Source of the DNA: an uncultured cyanobacterium
GTDB lineage: Bacteria > Cyanobacteriota > Cyanobacteriia > Cyanobacteriales > Nostocaceae
NCBI GenBank assembly: GCA_963706595.1
Contig: OY970166.1
Span: 3,360,001-3,424,000 of the forward strand
Length of the DNA stretch: 64,000 nt
Direction: 5' to 3'
In this document: positions 1 through 11,013 of the stretch, piece after piece
Layout of the letters: the number at the start of each line of letters is the position of its first letter
How positions within the stretch are numbered: the stretch's first letter is position 1
Program-made: the position numbers and the translations under genes
Notes under the pieces: generated by a model
Told to the model about the DNA's origin: nothing
What the model saw: the letters and a program-made list of their open reading frames with translations, nothing else
The model's database searches: none

Positions 1-2322
1 GGCACAAAGGTGCAGAATGGTCAGGTTGTGGCTGAGTTGATTGATGAGCGCTACCGCACCAACACCGGGGGCTTCTTGAAGTTTGGCGGTGTGGAAGTTC
101 AGAAAAAAGGCAAAGCCAAGCTGGGTTATGAAGTGGTCCAGGGGGGAACTTTGCTGTGGATTCCCGAAGAAACCCACGAAGTGAATAAAGATATCTCCTT
201 GCTGTTGGTGGAAGATGGGCAGTTTGTGGAAGCCGGCACGGAAGTTGTCAAGGATATCTTCTGCCAAAACAGTGGTGTGATTGAAGTTACCCAGAAAAAC
301 GACATCCTTCGGGAAGTAGTGGTGAAGCCTGGGGAACTGTTGATGGTGGATGATCCAGAAGCAGTCATGGGCAGAGATAACACCTTTGTCCAACCTGGGG
401 AAGAATTCCAAGGAACTGTGGTGACGGAGTTACGCTACATCCAATATATTGAATCGACTGAAGGTCCGGCATTGTTGAGCCGTCCGGTGGTGGAGTTTGC
501 TGTACCCAATAACCCAGATGTGCCTTCGACTACATCTATTAGTCAACAAACGGGACGTTCAATTCAAATGCGGGCTGTGCAACGTCTGCCTTATAAGGAT
601 TCCGAACGGGTGAAGTCTGTTGAAGGTGTGGAATTACTGCGGACTCAGCTAGTGCTGGAAATTGAACAGGATGGGGAACAAGACCATTCTGCTTCTCCTT
701 TGGCTGCGGATATTGAACTGGTGGAGGATACGGAAAATCCCGAAGTTCAACGCTTGCAACTGGTGATTTTGGAATCTTTGGTAATTCGCCGAGATATTAC
801 CGCCGATGCCACCCAAGGCAGCACTCAGACGAGTTTGCAGGTGGAGGATGGAGACAGCATTGCCCCTGGTTCTGTGGTTGCCAGTACCCAAATTTTGGGT
901 AAAGAGGGGGGTATAGTGCGGGGTGTGCGAGCCGGTACGGAAGCGGTGCGTCGTTGTTTGGTGTTGCGTGATAGCGACAAAATCACTATGACTACTAGCG
1001 CCCAACCCAAGGTGAAGAAGGGTGATTTGTTGGTAGAAGGGGCAGAAATTGCTCCGGGGGTGTTCGCTGAGGATTCTGGGCAAGTATTGGAAGTAGTAGA
1101 TAATACTGCTGCATCTGCTACTGGGGAATCGGCGCTGACTGCCCAACAGTATGCCATCAATATCCGTGTTGGTCGTCCCTATCGAGTCAGCCCTGGGGCT
1201 GTGTTGCAGATAGAAGATGGGGATTTGGTGCAACGGGGCGATAATTTGGTGCTGTTGGTGTTTGAACGGGCGAAAACTGGAGACATTATTCAAGGTTTGC
1301 CTCGGATTGAAGAGTTGCTGGAAGCCCGTAAACCCAAGGAAGCTTGTATTTTAGCCAAGCGCTCTGGTGAACTGAAGGTGGTTTATGCTGAGGGTAGTGA
1401 TGAAGCGATCGCTGCTAAAGTCATAGAACCCAATGGTGTAGTTACAGATTATCCTCTCGGACCTGGACAGAATTTAATGATGCCAGATGGCTCAATGATT
1501 TCCGCCGGTGAACCGTTGAGTGATGGACCATCTAACCCCCATGAGATTTTGGAGGTATTCTTTAGCCTGGGTTCTGAGGATGGGGTTTATGCTTGTGCCA
1601 GTCATGCTTTGCAGAAGGTGCAGACATTTTTGGTGAATGAAGTGCAGATGGTGTATCAGTCCCAGGGGATTGAGATTTCTGACAAGCACATTGAGGTAAT
1701 TGTCCGCCAGATGACCAACAAAGTCAGGATTGATGATGGTGGAGACACTACCATGCTGCCTGGGGAGTTGGTGGAACTGCGCCAAGTGGAACAGGTGAAT
1801 GAAGCCATGGCCATTACTGGCGGGGCGCGGGCGCAATATACGCCGGTGCTGTTGGGGATTACTAAGGCATCGTTGAACACCGACAGCTTCATTTCGGCGG
1901 CATCTTTCCAAGAGACTACGCGGGTACTCACCGAAGCAGCGATTGAAGGTAAATCTGACTGGCTGCGAGGACTGAAGGAAAACGTGATTATCGGGCGTTT
2001 GATTCCGGCTGGTACTGGTTACAATACCTATGAGGAACCAGGGGCGATTGATGAATATGCGATCGCTGATACCAATGCGGTGTTGGATGAAATTGATGAT
2101 CCTCTGGATATGGTGCTAGATGACCGCACAGCGCGTACCTACAACTTAGAATCTGCTGGGTTGGCGGAAACTGGATTTGGCAAACGACGTGCCGAAAGAC
2201 CTATTTTGGATGAAGAAGATGAGTTGATTGCTGATGAAGTGAGCGACTTGGTAGAAGAAGAAGATGATGATGAGGATGATTACGAAGAAGTAGATGACGA
2301 TGAAGATGATTACGATAGCTAG
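1..2322 (+). CDS. rpoC2: RNA polymerase beta'' subunit, 3' part (start lies upstream of the window)
   Basis: Motifs [63 protein letters not shown]; acidic tail. Confidence 0.98.
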   Translation, partial: GTKVQNGQVVAELIDERYRTNTGGFLKFGGVEVQKKGKAKLGYEVVQGGTLLWIPEETHEVNKDISLLLVEDGQFVEAGTEVVKDIFCQNSGVIEVTQKNDILREVVVKPGELLMVDDPEAVMGRDNTFVQPGEEFQGTVVTELRYIQYIESTEGPALLSRPVVEFAVPNNPDVPSTTSISQQTGRSIQMRAVQRLPYKDSERVKSVEGVELLRTQLVLEIEQDGEQDHSASPLAADIELVEDTENPEVQRLQLVILESLVIRRDITADATQGSTQTSLQVEDGDSIAPGSVVASTQILGKEGGIVRGVRAGTEAVRRCLVLRDSDKITMTTSAQPKVKKGDLLVEGAEIAPGVFAEDSGQVLEVVDNTAASATGESALTAQQYAINIRVGRPYRVSPGAVLQIEDGDLVQRGDNLVLLVFERAKTGDIIQGLPRIEELLEARKPKEACILAKRSGELKVVYAEGSDEAIAAKVIEPNGVVTDYPLGPGQNLMMPDGSMISAGEPLSDGPSNPHEILEVFFSLGSEDGVYACASHALQKVQTFLVNEVQMVYQSQGIEISDKHIEVIVRQMTNKVRIDDGGDTTMLPGELVELRQVEQVNEAMAITGGARAQYTPVLLGITKASLNTDSFISAASFQETTRVLTEAAIEGKSDWLRGLKENVIIGRLIPAGTGYNTYEEPGAIDEYAIADTNAVLDEIDDPLDMVLDDRTARTYNLESAGLAETGFGKRRAERPILDEEDELIADEVSDLVEEEDDDEDDYEEVDDDEDDYDS

Positions 2323-2362
2323 TGTGGCGTAGCCATAGATTAAAGCTAAAACTTCAACAGAT

Positions 2363-2396
2363 AAAAGGCAAAAGAAGTCATTCTTTTGCCTTTTTA
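2363..2396 (+). terminator. Intrinsic terminator after rpoC2
   Basis: AAAAGGCAAAAGAA-gtca-TTCTTTTGCCTTTT hairpin followed by T-run. Confidence 0.65.
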
Positions 2397-2424
2397 CTTT
2401 TGACTTGTTTCGGAAAATCTGCTC

Positions 2425-2562
2425 CAATCCAGTTCAGTTAAGCAATTCTTTCCTTCTCTTTCTTTTCTTGATCAGTCTTCTGCACCTTTGTGGTATACAC
2501 TGCACGAATGTTAAAAAAAATGACTTTAACCAAGAGTTTGGTTCCTTAACTGAACCGTATTG
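2425..2562. mobile_element. MITE-like element, 138 bp, 18-bp terminal inverted repeats
   Basis: CAATCCAGTTCAGTTAAG (2425-2442) vs CTTAACTGAACCGTATTG (2545-2562), 16/18 complementary; no clear target duplication. Confidence 0.7.
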
Positions 2563-2611
2563 TGTAAAATGCTGGAATTCTATCTGCAAAAATAAACTCC
2601 CTATACACAAA

Positions 2612-2935
2612 ATGCCTTTTAAAATTATTCAAAACTTTGATACCAGTTTCACTCTACAAGCACAAGCACAAGAAACTTTATTCCAATTGTTGCAAAGTGA
2701 ATCTTTTTTACAACAAATTTGCCAACAGTCCAAATTTGAAAAAGTTGAATTTACAGAACTACTTTTTCAGCCAGTTCCTTACAGCTTATCTACTCCTAAA
2801 GGAATGCCAGCAGAATTGGAAAAATATAATGAGTCTGACGAGTATGTAATTATCAACGTACCGCCAAATTTTATGTTCACCGCCAAGATTTTCCAACCCA
2901 GTCGCCTTTGTGCAATTTATCAAAAAATTGGTTGA
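2612..2935 (+). CDS. Hypothetical protein, 107 aa
   Basis: ATG at 2612 after the MITE; the ORF-track extension upstream runs through repeat DNA. Confidence 0.65.
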   Translation: MPFKIIQNFDTSFTLQAQAQETLFQLLQSESFLQQICQQSKFEKVEFTELLFQPVPYSLSTPKGMPAELEKYNESDEYVIINVPPNFMFTAKIFQPSRLCAIYQKIG

Positions 2936-2979
2936 TGATCTCGCAATTATCAAGGCATAGCAAGTTTTAGGTTTTATAT

Positions 2980-3525
2980 ATGACTAATGAAATAAATATT
3001 CCGGCTTTAGCAAATTTGGAGTATTTTCCTTACATTGACGAGCATGGGCAATTACCTGAAATTTATCAGGGAAAAATAGGAGTTTATGCCATCTTTAACC
3101 AAGAGCAGGTGCTGCAATTTGTAGGGTATTCCCGCGATGTTTACCTGAGTCTAAAGCAGCATTTAGTCCGTCAGCCTCAAGAATGTTATTGGGTGAAAGT
3201 TCAAACTATCTCCCGCCCTAGCCGCACAATTTTAGAAAATATTGAAAATGCTTGGATTGCTGAAAATGGTAGTGTTCCTTTAGGAAATGCAGATAATCAG
3301 GAAATCTGGACACAGCCGATAAATGTTAAACCGTTAATGACTTCTGAAGAACAAGAGAAATATCACCATCCAGCTAATGATGAATTGGCAGAAATCAAAA
3401 TCATTAAAAATGTGGCTAGGCGAGTAGAAGCAGAAATTTTATTGGTGTTGAAGGAACGGGGTTTGCAGGAACAATTTCGTTTTAGTCCTAAGTTGAAGGA
3501 GGAGGGGTTGTTGGATTTGAAGTGA
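2980..3525 (+). CDS. GIY-YIG nuclease-like protein (cyanobacterial/plant GrxS16 N-terminal type)
   Basis: GVYAIF...QFVGYSRDVYLSLKQHL motif. Confidence 0.85.
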   Translation: MTNEINIPALANLEYFPYIDEHGQLPEIYQGKIGVYAIFNQEQVLQFVGYSRDVYLSLKQHLVRQPQECYWVKVQTISRPSRTILENIENAWIAENGSVPLGNADNQEIWTQPINVKPLMTSEEQEKYHHPANDELAEIKIIKNVARRVEAEILLVLKERGLQEQFRFSPKLKEEGLLDLK

Positions 3526-3609
3526 ATTGAGGTGGGGAGTTTAAACGCAAAGGGGCGCGGAGTGAAGCGCAAAGGTACGCAGAGGTTTGATGTGGGTGAA
3601 GGACCATTT

Positions 3610-5013
3610 ATGCAAATACTGCTAAACAACCGTTATCAAGTAATTCGGACTTTGGGAAGTGGTGGATTTGGGGAAACTTTTCTGGCGGAGGATACTCAAA
3701 TGCCTTCTAGCCGTTCTTGTGTGATTAAACAGCTCAGACCAATTCAGAATAATCCCCAAATTTATCAGTTGGTACAGGAACGGTTTCAACGAGAAGCGGC
3801 AATTTTAGAAGAGTTGGGTGGATGTATTGACCAAATACCGACGCTATATGCTTACTTTCAGTCGCAGGGGCAATTTTATTTAGTTCAAGAGTGGGTTTCA
3901 GGTGATACTTTAACGGCAAAACTGCAAAAGCAGGGGTTGTTTAGTGAAACTGCTGTGGGGGAAATTTTACTGGATTTGTTACCAGTGCTGGAGTATGTTC
4001 ATTCGCAGCGTATTATTCACCGTGATATCAAGCCGGATAACATTATGCTGCGTCATCGTGACGGTAAATCGGTGTTAATTGATTTCGGTGCGGTGCGGGA
4101 ATCAATGGGAACGGTGGTTAATTCTCAAGGTCTTCCTACCAGTTCGATTGTGATTGGTACGCCGGGATATATGCCGAGTGAGCAAGCAGCCGGCAGACCA
4201 GTTTATTCTAGTGATTTATATAGTTTGGGATTGACAGCGATTTATTTACTGACGGGGAAACAACCACAACAGTTAGAGTCAGATTCTCAGACAGGTGAAA
4301 TTGTCTGGCGACACTATGCTAGCCACATTAATCATACATTAGCAGGGGTGATAGACCGAGCGATCGCCTATCACCCACGAGATCGCTTTCCCACTGCCAG
4401 AGCTATGTTAGATGCATTACATCCCGTAGCAAATCCGATTCCACCGACACAACCGATTTTTGCACCACCACCAACTGTTCCTGTTAATCAGCAGACTGTA
4501 ACTCAAAGCAATAATCACCGTAGTATCCTCATGGGTGGTGTGATTGCAGGTGGGTTAATCGGTGCATCTGTAATTCTTAGTCAGGTATTGAAACCTTCCC
4601 CTCAACCTGTAGTTAACCAAGAAGTCACACCCACAGTTACAGAAACTCCTGTTGTCTCTTCATCTCCAGTCATCCAGAAAAATATTACATCTCCAGTCAT
4701 CCCACAAACTATATTGCCATCTACTACAACAAACAGTTATTTGTGGCTGTCGGAAAGAGCCGTAATTGATGCTGATTTGGAGGAAAAAGACGGTTTGGAG
4801 CTAGATATTATGCGAAATTCAATTTATGCTCGTCACGGTCGTCGCTTTGATACTCCTGGATTACAACAATATTTTAATAATCAAACTTGGTATAATCCGG
4901 TATACTCACCAAAAGCATTTCCTCCTAAATTACTGTCAAATTTAGAGCAGCGTAATGCTGAATATATTAGTAAATTTCAAGACCGTTATCAAAGAAGACA
5001 TTTTCCGAAATAA
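3610..5013 (+). CDS. Membrane Hanks-type Ser/Thr kinase with C-terminal YARHG domain
   Basis: LGSGGFG, HRDIKPDN, DFG, GTPGY; TM helix; RNSIYARHGRRF. Confidence 0.93.
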   Translation: MQILLNNRYQVIRTLGSGGFGETFLAEDTQMPSSRSCVIKQLRPIQNNPQIYQLVQERFQREAAILEELGGCIDQIPTLYAYFQSQGQFYLVQEWVSGDTLTAKLQKQGLFSETAVGEILLDLLPVLEYVHSQRIIHRDIKPDNIMLRHRDGKSVLIDFGAVRESMGTVVNSQGLPTSSIVIGTPGYMPSEQAAGRPVYSSDLYSLGLTAIYLLTGKQPQQLESDSQTGEIVWRHYASHINHTLAGVIDRAIAYHPRDRFPTARAMLDALHPVANPIPPTQPIFAPPPTVPVNQQTVTQSNNHRSILMGGVIAGGLIGASVILSQVLKPSPQPVVNQEVTPTVTETPVVSSSPVIQKNITSPVIPQTILPSTTTNSYLWLSERAVIDADLEEKDGLELDIMRNSIYARHGRRFDTPGLQQYFNNQTWYNPVYSPKAFPPKLLSNLEQRNAEYISKFQDRYQRRHFPK

Positions 5014-5090
5014 TTAGGAGTTTAAACGCAAAGGGGCGCGGAGTGAAGCGCAAAGGTACGCAGAGGTTTGATGTGGGTGAAGGACCATTT

Positions 5091-6662
5091 ATGCAAATAC
5101 TGCTAAACAACCGTTATCAAGTAATTCGGACTTTGGGAAGTGGTGGATTTGGGGAAACTTTTCTGGCGGAGGATACTCAAATGCCTTCTAGCCGTTCTTG
5201 TGTAATTAAACAGCTTAGGCCAATTCAGAATAATCCCCAAATTTATCAGTTGGTACAGGAACGGTTTCAACGAGAAGCGGCAATTTTAGAAGAGTTGGGT
5301 GGATGTATTGACCAAATACCGACGCTGTATGCTTACTTTCAGTCGGAGGGGCAATTTTATTTAGTTCAAGAGTGGGTTTCAGGTGATACTTTAACGGCAA
5401 AACTGCAAAAGCAGGGGTTGTTTAGTGAAACTGCTGTGGGGGAAATTTTACTGGATTTGTTACCAGTGCTGGAGTATGTCCATTCGCAGCGTATTATTCA
5501 CCGTGATATCAAGCCGGATAACATTATGCTGCGTCATCGTGACGGTAAATCGGTGTTAATTGATTTCGGTGCGGTGCGGGAATCAATGGGAACGGTGGTT
5601 AATTCCCAAGGTCTTCCTACCAGTTCGATTGTGATTGGTACGCCGGGATATATGCCGAGTGAGCAAGCAGCCGGCAGACCAGTTTATTCTAGTGATTTAT
5701 ATAGTTTGGGATTGACAGCGATTTATTTACTGACTGGAAAACAACCACAACAGTTAGAGTCAGATTCTCAGACAGGTGAAATTGTCTGGCGACAGTATGC
5801 TAGCCACATTAATCATACATTAGCAGGGGTGATAGACCGAGCGATCGCCTATCATCCACGCGATCGCTTTCCCACTGCCAGAGCGATGTTAGAGGCATTA
5901 CAATTAGGGTCAACAAGTTTCCCTTCTACAGTCGCTTATCAACATCCAGTAGTAGCCACAGCACCGCCTCAAATCCCATCTCAACACACAGTTGCGGTTA
6001 GCCCAGGAGCGACTATTTCCCAGCCTCCTGAGCCAGCTAGGGGAAAAAAAGGAATTTTTCTCGGCAGTTTAATTGTCGGTGGTTTAATAGGCGCTTCTAT
6101 CATTATTGGTTTTGCCCTTAATAGACCTCCGCAACCAGTTACCCAATTAACGGACTCATTTAAAGAACCTGCGCCCAATCGAAATGAAGTGCCGAATATT
6201 ACAGAACCTGCACCAAATCCTATTGAACCACCAGAAGTTATACCACCTGTAAATTCTCTACCTCCTGCAAGAGTTATTTCTCAACCCCCATCTTCTCCAC
6301 CTCCTGCGGTAACACAGCCAGAAATTAATCGACCAACTCCTACCGAAGCTGTACAAAATTATTATGTCAATATTAATCAGGGTGAATATGAAAATGCGTG
6401 GAATCAACTAGCTCCCAGTCTACAAAGTAATCAACGTCTTCATCCCGATGGTTATCTTTCTTACATCGACTGGTGGGGAGGAAAGGTTGAAAGCGTCAAT
6501 GTTGAACAAGTTAGTTTGTTAGAAGCCAGTACAGAAACAGCCACCGTCAATGCTAAGTTTAAATACTTGATGAAAAATGGTAGACAAGTTCCTGGTGCTG
6601 TGAGCTTTTCCCTTTTATGGGATGCTGAAAATAGCCGATGGGTCGTTAGTCAAGTTAAATAG
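5091..6662 (+). CDS. Membrane Ser/Thr kinase; kinase domain nearly identical to the upstream gene, different (NTF2-like?) C-terminal domain
   Basis: Same kinase motifs; TM helix; Pro-rich linker; C-terminal PTEAVQNYY..INQGEYENAWNQL domain. Confidence 0.92.
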   Translation: MQILLNNRYQVIRTLGSGGFGETFLAEDTQMPSSRSCVIKQLRPIQNNPQIYQLVQERFQREAAILEELGGCIDQIPTLYAYFQSEGQFYLVQEWVSGDTLTAKLQKQGLFSETAVGEILLDLLPVLEYVHSQRIIHRDIKPDNIMLRHRDGKSVLIDFGAVRESMGTVVNSQGLPTSSIVIGTPGYMPSEQAAGRPVYSSDLYSLGLTAIYLLTGKQPQQLESDSQTGEIVWRQYASHINHTLAGVIDRAIAYHPRDRFPTARAMLEALQLGSTSFPSTVAYQHPVVATAPPQIPSQHTVAVSPGATISQPPEPARGKKGIFLGSLIVGGLIGASIIIGFALNRPPQPVTQLTDSFKEPAPNRNEVPNITEPAPNPIEPPEVIPPVNSLPPARVISQPPSSPPPAVTQPEINRPTPTEAVQNYYVNINQGEYENAWNQLAPSLQSNQRLHPDGYLSYIDWWGGKVESVNVEQVSLLEASTETATVNAKFKYLMKNGRQVPGAVSFSLLWDAENSRWVVSQVK

Positions 6663-6798
6663 TTCTGCCACAACGGAAAAATTTGGATTTATCGGCGGTT
6701 AATTATGATGATTTGAACCATATTGGGATATAACCTGTCTGAAACTCGTCTCTTGTATCTGATGTACATTTGGAAAAGGCGATCGCTTGTAAATTTTC

Positions 6799-8604
6799 AT
6801 GACAATAACGCTGCTGAACAATCGCTATCAAGTAATTAAAGTACTCGGCGCAGGTGGATTTGGGGAAACCTTTCTGGCCGAAGACACACATATCCCTTCG
6901 CGCCGGCGCTGTGTCATCAAGCAACTTAGACCGATAGCCAATGACCCAAAAACCTACCAAATGATTCAACAGCGCTTTGAGAGGGAAGCTGCAACTTTGG
7001 AGTATCTGGGTGACAGTTGTAACCAAATTCCTAAGTTATTTGCCTACTTTTCGGAGAATGAACTGTTTTTCTTGGTTCAAGAATGGATTGAAGGGCCAAC
7101 TTTGACAAATATTGTCGAGGAAAAAGGCTATGAGAAGGAAACTACTGTTCGAGAAATTCTTTTAAGTCTGTTATCAGTTTTAGATTATGTCCACAGTAAA
7201 GGTATTATTCACCGGGATATCAAACCCGATAACATTATTCTGCGCGCGACAGATAATAAGCCATTTTTGATTGATTTTGGTGCAGTCAAGGAAACTATAC
7301 GTTCAGTGGTTAGTCCCTCCAATCATCCTACGCGATCGCTTGTCATTGGCACACCTGGGTATATGCCCACAGAACAAGCCATCGGACGACCAGTTTACGC
7401 CACTGATATCTATAGTTTAGGCTTGACGGCGATTTATTTACTGACAGGTAAACACCCACCAGAACTACAGACACACCTGCAAACTGGGGAAATTATCTGG
7501 CAAGAATTCGTCCCGGATATCTCGCCACATCTAGCAAAAGTCATTAATCAGGCAATTCAGCCCCATGTGAGCGATCGCTATAGCACTGCCAGTAAAATGC
7601 TATATGCTTTAAAATCCGCCACTGATATATCTCTACAATCTTCTATCACTAACGCCACAGTCAGCCTCAGTCCAGCCAAAGCTGCATCAACTCAGGCCAC
7701 CCAGGCCATAATATCTCCTGCTGCGCCAACTATTTCTCCCAGCAACTGGCAAAAACCCGCTTTAATTATCGGTAGTTTAGTTTTGGGGGGCTTAATTGGT
7801 GGGGTAGCAATTTCTAGCGTCACTCGTCAACCACAGTCTGAAGAATCTATCATTACATCATCTACACCCACACCATCATCCAACTCAAATACTTTAGATC
7901 CCACTTCTTCATCAAAATCCTCACCTGACGAACCTGACGAACTACCAGTAGCTGTACAACCTCGTTCAGAGAGAGAAGTACCTGTACAACCGCAGCCACA
8001 AGTAACGCCCACATTTGTACCAGAACCGGATATCTCCATACCATCACCGCCGCCAGAAGATGCATTAATACCAGAAACGCCACCGCAGCCAGAAACTCCA
8101 GAAACCCCACCACAGCCAGAAACTCCAGAAACGCCACCGCAGCCAGAAACGCCAGAACCACCACCGCAGCGAAATCAAGATGCTGCTCCCAGCAACACCA
8201 GAAGTTCCAATGTGCCGGCATTTACCACTGGAACTTCTCAAGATGCGGTCAAAGCAGCATTAGGTAAGCCCAGCAAAACTTCCAAAGGCTTATGGAATAC
8301 TCGTGCGGTGCTTTATCGGTTAGAAGGTAATGTTGACCTTGGTTACTTATTTGACCAAAAAACCGGAGTCCTGCGCCAAACCGAAGTATCCTTTGCCGAA
8401 TCTATCCCGCCAGAAGTAATGCAAAGAACATTACAGGGAATGCTTGGTGGTAATGCTAATAGTGATATTAAACAAGGACTCCAAAAAGTAAGCGATCGCC
8501 AAACTAGGCGATACTCATTTAATGTCGGCGGATTAAAAGGTGTAATTGAACGCAATCAGCAAGATCGAATTTACATCGGTGTCTGGGACGCTGATTTGCA
8601 TTAA
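6799..8604 (+). CDS. Membrane Ser/Thr kinase with Pro-rich linker and conserved C-terminal domain
   Basis: LGAGGFG, HRDIKPDN, DFG, GTPGY; TM helix; ends IYIGVWDADLH. Confidence 0.93.
   Translation: MTITLLNNRYQVIKVLGAGGFGETFLAEDTHIPSRRRCVIKQLRPIANDPKTYQMIQQRFEREAATLEYLGDSCNQIPKLFAYFSENELFFLVQEWIEGPTLTNIVEEKGYEKETTVREILLSLLSVLDYVHSKGIIHRDIKPDNIILRATDNKPFLIDFGAVKETIRSVVSPSNHPTRSLVIGTPGYMPTEQAIGRPVYATDIYSLGLTAIYLLTGKHPPELQTHLQTGEIIWQEFVPDISPHLAKVINQAIQPHVSDRYSTASKMLYALKSATDISLQSSITNATVSLSPAKAASTQATQAIISPAAPTISPSNWQKPALIIGSLVLGGLIGGVAISSVTRQPQSEESIITSSTPTPSSNSNTLDPTSSSKSSPDEPDELPVAVQPRSEREVPVQPQPQVTPTFVPEPDISIPSPPPEDALIPETPPQPETPETPPQPETPETPPQPETPEPPPQRNQDAAPSNTRSSNVPAFTTGTSQDAVKAALGKPSKTSKGLWNTRAVLYRLEGNVDLGYLFDQKTGVLRQTEVSFAESIPPEVMQRTLQGMLGGNANSDIKQGLQKVSDRQTRRYSFNVGGLKGVIERNQQDRIYIGVWDADLH
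8071..8169 (+). repeat. In-frame 27-bp tandem repeat (PETPPQPET x about 3.7)
   Basis: CCAGAAACNCCACCRCAGCCAGAAACN units at 8071, 8098, 8125 and partial at 8152. Confidence 0.9.
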
Positions 8605-8632
8605 AAAAAAAGCCTGCACAAGCAGGCTTTTT
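8603..8632. terminator. Bidirectional terminator between the convergent kinase and rplL
   Basis: A-run AGCCTGC-acaa-GCAGGCT T-run. Confidence 0.85.
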
Positions 8633-8671
8633 CTGATAGTCCCTAAACTACAAGTCTATGGGCAATCCTAA

Positions 8672-9061
8672 TTACTTGATAGTTACCTTACCGCCAGCTT
8701 CTTCGATGCGCTTCTTGGCATCTTCAGCCGCGTCCTTAGTAATACCTTCCTTGACTGCTTTAGGCGCAGCTTCCACCATATCTTTGGCTTCTTTGAGACC
8801 TAAACCAGTCAATTCGCGGACAATCTTCAGAACAGCAATCTTCTTGTCAGCTGGAACTGAATCTAGTACCACATCAAACTCAGTTTTTTCTTCAACTGGT
8901 TCAGCAGCAGCAGCAGCACCAGGAGCCATCATCATCATTCCACCAGCAGGTGCAGCAGCACTTACGCCGAAAGCTTCTTCAATTTGCTTAACTAATTCAG
9001 ATGCTTCCAGCAAAGAGAGGGTTTTCAATTGTTCGAGAATTTGATCAGTTGTAGCAGACAT
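8672..9061 (-). CDS. rplL: 50S ribosomal protein L7/L12
   Basis: [13 protein letters not shown]...EEKTEFDV...GLGLKEAK. Confidence 0.98.
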   Translation of the reverse strand: MSATTDQILEQLKTLSLLEASELVKQIEEAFGVSAAAPAGGMMMMAPGAAAAAEPVEEKTEFDVVLDSVPADKKIAVLKIVRELTGLGLKEAKDMVEAAPKAVKEGITKDAAEDAKKRIEEAGGKVTIK

Positions 9062-9159
9062 TGATATAACTCCTGTAATGTAAATTTTGTTGTTGCCTAC
9101 CAAAAGCTGCAATTAACAGTAAACTCCAGCAGGCAGACTTGGTTGTAATTTGGCGAATT

Positions 9160-9738
9160 TTATTCAGCCGCACTTTCGGTACTCGGTTCTGCACTTTCGG
9201 TACTCTCACCTTGTTCTTGCTCTTTCTCAGCCACAGCTTGCAAAGCACGAGCCAAAGAACTGGGAACTTCGTTGATACCAACAGCCACTTTGGTAGCCAA
9301 GGCGTTGATAGCTCCGGCAATTTGCGCCATGAGTTGTTCCTTGGATGGCAAGTCTCCTAGAGCCTTGACATCAGTCTCCTTCAGCAGGCGACCTTCCATA
9401 ACGCCACCACGAAGTTCTGTCTTCTTGGTAACTTTCTGGAACTCTTGATAAGCCTTAATTGCTGAAGAAAAATCTTCTTTAACCAACAAAAAGGCCGAAG
9501 CACCTTGGAGCAATTCCGAAAGTGGTTTCCAGTTCTCGTCACCATCAATGGCAATGCCCATTAAGGTGTTTTTCGTTACCTTACAGACAGCGCCACTCGG
9601 ACGCAGCTTTTGCCGTAAGTCAGTGATTTGAGCAACTGTTAAACCCTGATAATCAATTACCAGTGCCAAAGTTGACTCACTCAGAGTGTTTTTGAGATCA
9701 GCTACAATCTCTTTTTTATTTTCTAGCGTTCTACCCAT
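9160..9738 (-). CDS. rplJ: 50S ribosomal protein L10
   Basis: [16 protein letters not shown]...DYQGLTV...VTKNTL. Confidence 0.97.
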   Translation of the reverse strand: MGRTLENKKEIVADLKNTLSESTLALVIDYQGLTVAQITDLRQKLRPSGAVCKVTKNTLMGIAIDGDENWKPLSELLQGASAFLLVKEDFSSAIKAYQEFQKVTKKTELRGGVMEGRLLKETDVKALGDLPSKEQLMAQIAGAINALATKVAVGINEVPSSLARALQAVAEKEQEQGESTESAEPSTESAAE

Positions 9739-9929
9739 GTTTAGTTTTACCTCCAAGGGCAAAATCATTATTTTTCATCAAGTAAAACTTTCAGAACATC
9801 TACTTATGAGACTAAATTCGGTTTTACTTCGGTGCTTTAACTAAATCTGTCGCTGGGTTTTTGTTTATCGGTGTTAATTCGAGAGCCAATAGATTACCTG
9901 AAAGGGTTTTACTATCAGCCAGTAAAAAC

Positions 9930-10075
9930 AATTAACCCCAGCTATCCGAGCCGGGGTTTCATAGGAAAACTCATACTACGTTAGTACTCACACCTCAATC
10001 GGTGGCACTTCAGGCAATTAGAGCTTTAACCTCGGCAGGATATTTGAGCTTTTGGCTCCTGCTGTCTCCGGCTTG
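9930..10075 (-). promoter_or_regulatory. L10 leader (ribosomal protein autoregulatory RNA)
   Basis: Minus strand reads GGAGACAGCAGGAG...CCTGCCGAGG, then an AACCCC..GGGGTT hairpin, between rplA and rplJ. Confidence 0.75.
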
Positions 10076-10168
10076 GCTTATTTAGTTTTGGGGCATGAGT
10101 TCAGTAGGTACTCAGAAAAAAATTGATTACTCAAAGAATATTTTCTAGTCTCTATTCCCTCATCTTCG

Positions 10169-10885
10169 TTAAGCTAATTCGCTTAGTTTTAAATCCCGGA
10201 GAGCGTTGATATCGACTTTAATTGATGGCCCCATAGTTGAGGTGACATAAATTGTCCGCCAATAACGGCCTTTGGCTCCTGAAGGACGGTTGCGATCAAT
10301 CGTCTCTTGCAATGCCTTCAAGTTTACCAACAAATCTTCAGGCGAGAAAGATGCCTTACCAAACATAACATGGACAATACCTGTCCGATCAGCCCGGAAT
10401 TCTAATTTACCAGCTTTGAATTCAGCGATCGCACTGGCTACGTCAAATGTCACCGTTCCACCCTTGGGTGATGGCATCAAACCACGGGGACCGAGTAACT
10501 TACCCAGTTTCGCTACCTGTGGCATTACATCCGGTGTCGCAATCAGCTTATCGAAATCCATCATCCCTTGTTGAATTTCGTTAATCAGCTCATCAGAGCC
10601 AACTATATCAGCACCAGCATTACTAGCTTCGGTAACTTTTTCACCCCTGGCAATTACTGCCACCCGCACAATTTGTCCTGTACCTTTGGGTAGAGTTACC
10701 GTTGTCCGCAACTGTTGGTCTGTATACTTAGGGTCAATCCCTAATCTGATATGCGCTTCTGCGGCTTCAGCAAACTTAGCCGTTGCCGTTTCTTTTAGCA
10801 GATTTAAAGCGTCTAGGGGCGTATAGTCCCTATCTTCGACTTTTTCTAGCAGCCCCTGCAAGCGGCGTGATACTTTTTTGCCCAT
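10169..10885 (-). CDS. rplA: 50S ribosomal protein L1
   Basis: [35 protein letters not shown]. Confidence 0.98.
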   Translation of the reverse strand: MGKKVSRRLQGLLEKVEDRDYTPLDALNLLKETATAKFAEAAEAHIRLGIDPKYTDQQLRTTVTLPKGTGQIVRVAVIARGEKVTEASNAGADIVGSDELINEIQQGMMDFDKLIATPDVMPQVAKLGKLLGPRGLMPSPKGGTVTFDVASAIAEFKAGKLEFRADRTGIVHVMFGKASFSPEDLLVNLKALQETIDRNRPSGAKGRYWRTIYVTSTMGPSIKVDINALRDLKLSELA

Positions 10886-10896
10886 TTTTTTCTCCT

Positions 10897-10926
10897 GGGG
10901 TAATTACGAGAATTTACCTCTCCCCC
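10897..10926 (-). promoter_or_regulatory. Putative L1-binding hairpin before the rplA ribosome-binding site
   Basis: GGGGGAGAG-gtaaatt-CTCGTAATTACCCC then AGGAG; resembles GGGAG..CG.TA.ACC L1 sites. Confidence 0.55.
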
Positions 10927-10972
10927 GAATAATTTTTTTCTTTTGTCCTTTGCCAGTTGTATTTTTATCTAC

Positions 10973-11013
10973 AAATGACTAATGACCAATGACCAATGAC
11001 CAATGACTAATGG
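10973..11013. repeat. STRR heptamer array (AATGAC[C/T])n
   Basis: About 5-6 tandem heptamers between rplK and rplA. Confidence 0.85.

Noticed and set aside
126..2427. Minus-strand ORFs inside rpoC2, and similar ones inside acrB, flv, cphA and carB
   Set aside because: Antisense shadows of well-supported genes with no motifs.
3532..3609. N-terminal extensions of the kinases (also 5043-5090)
   Set aside because: They translate a short dispersed repeat; an AAGGA SD precedes the ATGs at 3610 and 5091.
3536..5902. Diversity-generating retroelement TR/VR pair
   Set aside because: Differences are mostly synonymous and not adenine-specific, the repeat is 886 bp, and no reverse transcriptase is present.
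9170..9205. 21-bp-period duplication at the rplJ 3' end
   Set aside because: In-frame repeat in a variable acidic tail; ordinary slippage.
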